Positions 61,501 to 64,000 of a stretch of DNA of 64,000 nucleotides are shown here, piece by piece. The stretch lies in contig OZ374557.1 of the NCBI GenBank assembly GCA_977862235.1, forward strand, positions 2,356,001 through 2,420,000, given 5' to 3'. Below the pieces are notes generated by a model. That model saw nothing but the letters and a program-made list of their open reading frames with translations, made no database searches and was not told the origin of the DNA. This stretch comes from Dudresnaya verticillata. Its lineage: Eukaryota. Within the stretch, counting starts at the first letter, position 1. Every line of letters starts with the position of its first letter. The translations under genes were made by a program, and so were the position numbers.

Positions 61501-62039
61501 TCCAGCACCGCTTGTAGGTTGCGGCTTCACAGTGCGGCTTGTTCCTTGTCCCATACATGAATACCCACATTTAGACCAGCTAGAGTGGTGGGGGGAGATT
61601 CTATACCGGGATACTTATACATGTACCTCTTGTCCCCATATACATTCCGAATACGGGCATTATAGATGACTATCCATGTCTCCTTCTTCCGCTGCACCTC
61701 TCTTAACCACGTTCCATGCATCTTAACTTTGAATGAACCTGTACTGTCTGCCTCTTCCGGAGACGCCGGAGTCATTGGATCAGCCGTACCCACCTCCTCT
61801 CCGTTCAGCAACAGCACTACGTTCTTCGACGCGGACATGATTTGCGTGCCAGGGCTGGTTACTGCGGGCGCGCTTCCGCCCCCCTGTTTGCGAATGGGTT
61901 CTTCCGCGGCCGTCTCCGCCGTCGCCGTACCGATAGTCTTGGCCGAGGAATTGTTCCCTCCCATCACGGAGACGGCATGTCGGTCGGCAGTGACCGGCCT
62001 TTGACGCAAAGCAGTGCGACGTTCTCTTGTGCGAGGCAT
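58595..62039 (-). pseudogene. Sola/DUF7869-like transposase, duplicate copy
   Basis: Same motifs; LFLQVDNC here versus LFLRVDNC in copy 1. Confidence 0.85.
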
Positions 62040-62952
62040 TTTGTACCACGATAGCAGTAAGGGCCTCGTCTCGCTGGGATCAGTGCCGTCAATAGCGCTT
62101 TTGAGTACGCGTCGCACGATCGTGAGAAAAGAAAGGGTGGGGGGTCAAAAGCGGCCTTTGGTGGCGGTCAGCGCAGTGCGGTGGAACAAGAATATCGGGA
62201 AGAGAACGCAGTGGGCGCCGGAGTGGTGTCACGTGCTGAAACCTCGCCAGATAACCTCCTATGCTGTTCTGTGTGCATATGCGAAACGGAATCACCAGTG
62301 AGTGAGCAACGGTCTACCTATCGTTAGGCATCTGACCCACTCAAAGGAGGCGTTTCTTCGTCCCCTAATTACAATATTGTCTGGTCCCCCGGAATGCTTT
62401 CGGAACATGTGTGGGCTGCAGGCAGTCGGTCACCGATTTATGGCAAGTATTCTGCTCGTGATGTGGAATCAGAACGACTGGTGATATTATGCGCTGTCCA
62501 TGTGCACCGTGCACGGTTCACCACGATTCGGACCTTGTACTAGTATTACCGGTGTATTTTAATACATAGCTATAGCGAAAGCATCATCTGAGTGCCGGGT
62601 TCCATACCCTTGAATTGGAATCACAGCGATGAGTGACTCGGGATCCCTGCACCACCCGCACTTCCGGGTGGGAGTCTCAGAATCGGCAGCGAATGGGAGA
62701 GCTCTATTATTGTCCAACAATACCCTGGGGCACCTGAGTTCTGACTTGTAGACCAGGAGACCTCGAGCGCTTGCATCACTCACGTTCACTGCTGTGCTAC
62801 ACAATACATAACGAGAATGCTGCACATAACAGGCTCGAAGTCTTCACATCGCGAGCAAAGCTGACTGCGTGATCTGGGGGTGCATTTGGGACTCCTCTAC
62901 TACAGCTTGCCTAACGTTTATTACAAGCGCGGGACTAGAGGCTGTTTCTGTT

Positions 62953-64000
62953 TCATTTCTGTGCTGCTGTATTCATATTCGCCAGTTCCGTGTCCCCTGC
63001 GCTAGGTGCATCCACCATCGCGTCCATGCGAATGATCTTAGAAGCCACCCTGCGCCTAGCCGCATCTTCCTCCTCTGGGACCGCCCCAGCGAACTGCCGC
63101 TTGTCCTCGGGTCGCACCGGGAACGGCCAGAATACGGGCGTGTATGTCATCCCGTGATTTCTTACGCACCATGCCCGCATTGCAAGCATGTAGCTCGCCT
63201 TGCGGTGATATGCAAAACCGGCCGTCTCACCTGTCCATGGCCGCTGTTCCACTGCGTTGGGTTCGATAATCATCTCTCCGTGTGGAGTCAGCACCACCTT
63301 CTTCCCGACATGAGTGTACCCCACGTTTGGTAAATTGGCAACCATGTCTGGATCCACAACTATGCGCCAGTGCAGAGGCACCACTTCTTTGTACACTCCT
63401 GCAAAGTCGTGATTCCCGACTCGAGGTGATCCAGACGTGGACACGAAAATTTCACGTCGGCTCACATCCAACTTCACCCATAGATCCAGGCTGCAGATTG
63501 TTCCGAGTGCACCTCCTAGACTGTATCCGGTCAAGAATATAGGTCTTTACCTTCTTGCTCTTAATTGCCGCACCACTTCCATCACTTCATCTGCAACACT
63601 CTTATAGGCAATCGCAAATCGCTTGTGAATCTTACCGTGTAGATATCTTCTGCCGAATAATCGCTTCAATCGAGTCGTCTCATCTTCACCATAGACACTT
63701 GACTTCACCACGTTACGAATATATTCATGGCTCATCCGTAATGATGTATTCGAGTTTCGCATTGAAGTTGTTCCCTTTAACGTCTCAATGACCCTGTCAC
63801 TGCAATCAACAACACGTGCTTGAGTATCTGTTGCCTCGCTTCTCACAGCAGCAACGATCTCATATTCAAATGGCAACGGGTTTTCTCTAGGAATGAAGCC
63901 GTCAAACTTTGCAGTCCCATAATAATAGACATACCCATGCAAAGTTGAACATAATGACGTTCGTCTGCATCGTAAAGCAGTTTGCTTTCAGCTCAAGACT
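62953..64000 (-). pseudogene. Class-3 lipase pseudogene, duplicate copy (partial)
   Basis: GYSLGG lipase box; runs off the window. Confidence 0.85.

Larger units (their letters stand above)
37747..64000 (+). repeat. Segmental tandem duplication, copy 2 (runs off the window)
   Basis: Near-identical to 2871-29136, including shared inactivating lesions and the same insertion junction. Confidence 0.97.
44929..64000. mobile_element. Second copy of the giant DNA transposon (right part beyond the window)
   Basis: Left inverted repeat 44929-45469 with the same ATGG junction and the same internal gene order. Confidence 0.93.

Noticed and set aside
44929..64000. Second transposon copy as an independent transposition event
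   Set aside because: Same flank, same ATGG junction and same lesions as copy 1, so it arose by segmental duplication.
1..64000. CRISPR arrays, rRNA or tRNA genes
   Set aside because: No regularly spaced repeat-spacer array or recognisable structural RNA gene seen by eye.

Overview
Eukaryotic, repeat-rich DNA. The intron-poor host-like genes and the Gypsy gag type suggest a florideophyte red alga (inference only). The backbone is a tandem array of degenerate chromodomain-bearing Ty3/Gypsy LTR retrotransposons that share LTRs (about 5720-6395 and 40596-41269) and carry antisense ORFs between pol and the 3' LTR. Inserted into pol is a giant 23,585-bp DNA transposon (10055-33639) with ~540-bp terminal inverted repeats and a 4-bp ATGG target-site duplication. 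It encodes a disrupted Sola/DUF7869-like DDD transposase and a ParB-like domain fused to a beta-class (DPPY) amino-DNA methyltransferase; these two proteins share a ~90-aa domain. It also carries an intact Toll/IL-1-receptor domain ORF, a family of small coiled-coil ORFs, and decayed host gene copies (TPC1, class-3 lipase, eIF3m, IDI1). A ~34.87-kb unit is duplicated in tandem (2871-29136 vs 37747-64000, only scattered differences seen by eye), so the transposon reappears from 44929 to the window end. All family assignments come from reading motifs by eye; no database searches were run.
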